Shown: positions 61,809-64,000 of the stretch, in pieces
Position numbering within the stretch: the stretch's first letter is position 1
How the letters are laid out: each line of letters starts with the position of its first letter
Origin: Malacoraja senta
Lineage: Eukaryota
Direction of reading: 5' to 3'
NCBI GenBank assembly: GCA_038087875.1
Contig: CM075991.1
Location: 11,038,001-11,102,000 of the forward strand
Length of the DNA stretch: 64,000 nucleotides
Position numbers and translations under genes: made by a program
The notes under the pieces: model-generated
The model's input: the letters and a program-made list of their open reading frames with translations, nothing else
Databases searched by the model: none
What the model was told of the DNA's origin: nothing

Positions 61809-63714
61809 ATGGGCTATCCGGTCATCTTTGTGTTTGAAAGTATCTACTATCCTATTCTTGCAGCAGTCGGCATCACAGGTAAGGAATGGAACCAGTCACT
61901 GTGCATGATATTGTGAATGTTCCTGAGTTCATTTGGTCTAGGAGCAGAATTAAGCAATTCGACCCATCAAGTCTACTCTGCCATTCAATCATGGTTGATC
62001 TATCATTCTCTCTCAGTCCCATTCTTCTGCCTTCGCCCCATAACCCCTGACACCTTTACTAATCCAGAATCGGTGAATCTCCATTTAAAAAATATCCATT
62101 GACTTGGCCCTCACAGCCGTCTGTGGCAATGAATTCCGCAGATTCACCACCCCTGTGTGAATGTTGTGCACATGTTTCCCTTTCTTCTCCTGTACTGCAC
62201 AACCCAACATTTGTTGTCATAGGGTGGAAGCAGAGAGTATGTGTGTGTCAGAGATGTTTTACATACGCGATATATTTCCATTATCTGCAATCAGAGGCCA
62301 CCACTGTAATCGCCCCCGCACTTCACCACCCCCCCCCCCCCTACCCCTTCTTTGCAGGCACCATACAAAGGGGCGACCGTCCCCGACTGCCTCGCACGTA
62401 CTTCCATCCCCACCAGCAACCATTCTGCTTTGGCTAACATTCTCTTATAAAGCACACCATCCCCCTATGGTTTGACAAAAAGTTTCGAACTGAAATAATT
62501 CTCTCTCCGCAGATGCCGCCCGAGCCTTTACCTGTTAAAATCGGAATGTTCTGTCTATATTTCAGATGACCTATACTTCATAATTTTTAGGAGCAGTATT
62601 AGGCTGCTCGGCCCATCAAGTCTATTCCGCCATTCAATTATGACAGATCTATCTTTCTCTCCCTCAACCCCATTCACCTGCCTTCTCCCCATTACCCCTA
62701 ACACCCGTACTAAAGATAGTTTGTTTTATACTTTACAGGAAGTTAGTAATCTGTTTCTAACCCCGGCACTGATTTGTTTCCAGAGGTGATAATTTCCTTT
62801 CCCTTTCTGTTGCAGTTAACTTGGTGGCGATCGTCATCCTGTCCCGGGGAAAATGCGGACTCTCCAAATGTATTACTCGCTATCTGGTTGCCATGGCTGT
62901 GGCCGATGTAATGGTGGTGATCGTCGAAGTCGTACTGAAACGGATTAACAACATTTATTTGCCGGTAAATATTTTGTTCATCGCTCCAGTCTGTGCCATG
63001 AAACTAGTTTTAAAACACGTAGCCCTGGATTGCTCTGTCTGGTTCACTGTCGCTTTTACCTTTGATCGTTTTGTGGCCATTTCCTCTCCAAACCTCAGAC
63101 CAAGGTATTGTACCACAAGGACAGCAAGTGTGGTTATAGCAAGCGCGACGGCAGTGGCCTGTTTGAGGGACATCCCTCATTATTTTATGTATGAACCCAG
63201 ATATATTATTAACAACATCCCGTTTTTCTGCGTTGAAACCGCTGCCTACTATACTTCGCCTCTGTGGGCGGCTTACGAGTGGTTCGACAGTATCTTAACC
63301 CCTTTGGTACCAATCTTCCTCATCCTTCTATTCAACGCCCTTACCGTGAAACATATCATAAAGTCCAATAAAATCCGTAGGGCGCTCATGAATAAAGTGG
63401 ATGAACGCAATGATTCTGAGAGCGAAAACCGTAAGAAGTCCATGATTTTGCTTTTTACTCTGTCTGCCAATTTCATCCTTCTCTGGGTAACATATGTTGT
63501 ACATTCCTTAAACTGGCGGGTAAAAAACTATAACTACACAGACAGATATTACACCAACCCGATATACATCAACCAGCAAACAGGTTACATGTTGCAACTA
63601 CTGAGCTCCTGCACCAACACGTGTATCTATGGACTGACGCAGAGGATGTTCAGACAGGAGCTGAAAAATGGAGTGAAATATCTGGTTACACTGAATGGGA
63701 AACTCTGTAAATAG
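61809..63714 (+). CDS. GPR139-like GPCR copy 12 (type B); join(61809..61878,62816..63714), 322 aa
   Basis: Intact exons, splice sites and TAG. Confidence 0.88.
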
Positions 63715-64000
63715 GAAGCTACGGACATAAAGCCGTCCCGGTGTTGTAGTGTCTCTTCCTGCTAATCGGATTCTATTCTTCAGAACTGGAAGATGGGAGA
63801 TGAAACGGATCTAATAGTGGATTAACCATACACATTGGTAGAAGAAACCAATGAATTGGTACAGCCCCTCGCATTAGATTTGATATTAAAGTAACTCCTC
63901 TTATTTGACTAAATCAGAAGCAGAGAATAGAGAATGAATAAATAGGCAGTTTTCTAGTAAACAGAAGGAACTCACATCAATCATTTGCAAGAATACCTGA

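Noticed and set aside
1..64000. CRISPR arrays, operons or other prokaryotic systems; V(D)J-like recombination signals around the gene fragments
   Set aside because: The sequence is intron-containing vertebrate DNA. I saw no regular repeat-spacer array and no heptamer/nonamer pairs flanking the fragments.

Overview
Eukaryotic vertebrate genomic DNA, most likely from a cartilaginous fish such as a skate or ray (inferred from its CR1, SINE and Penelope-type repeats; not verified). The whole window is a head-to-tail, all plus-strand tandem array of two-exon class A GPCR genes of the GPR139/GPR142-like family. Each gene has a 70-nt coding exon 1 (MGYPVIFVFESIYYPILAAVGIT, G|gtaag donor), a phase-1 intron ending ttgcag, and an 899-nt exon 2, giving a 322-aa protein. 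I count 12 two-exon copies: 10 with open reading frames (one C-terminally extended by stop loss) and 2 disrupted. There are also 4 truncated exon-2 pseudogene fragments sharing a 174-nt deletion, and one exon-2 fragment captured between inverted Penelope-like repeats in the first intron. The copies fall into five sequence types arranged in a higher-order repeat of about 17.7 kb, with signs of gene conversion and amino-acid variation concentrated at extracellular/ligand-facing positions. Interspersed elements include a 5'-truncated L1 with a long ORF2, a Rex1/Babar-type LINE, an internally deleted Gypsy LTR element, CR1 fragments, a tRNA-derived SINE, Penelope-like repeats with minimal hammerhead-ribozyme cores, and long GA-rich tracts.
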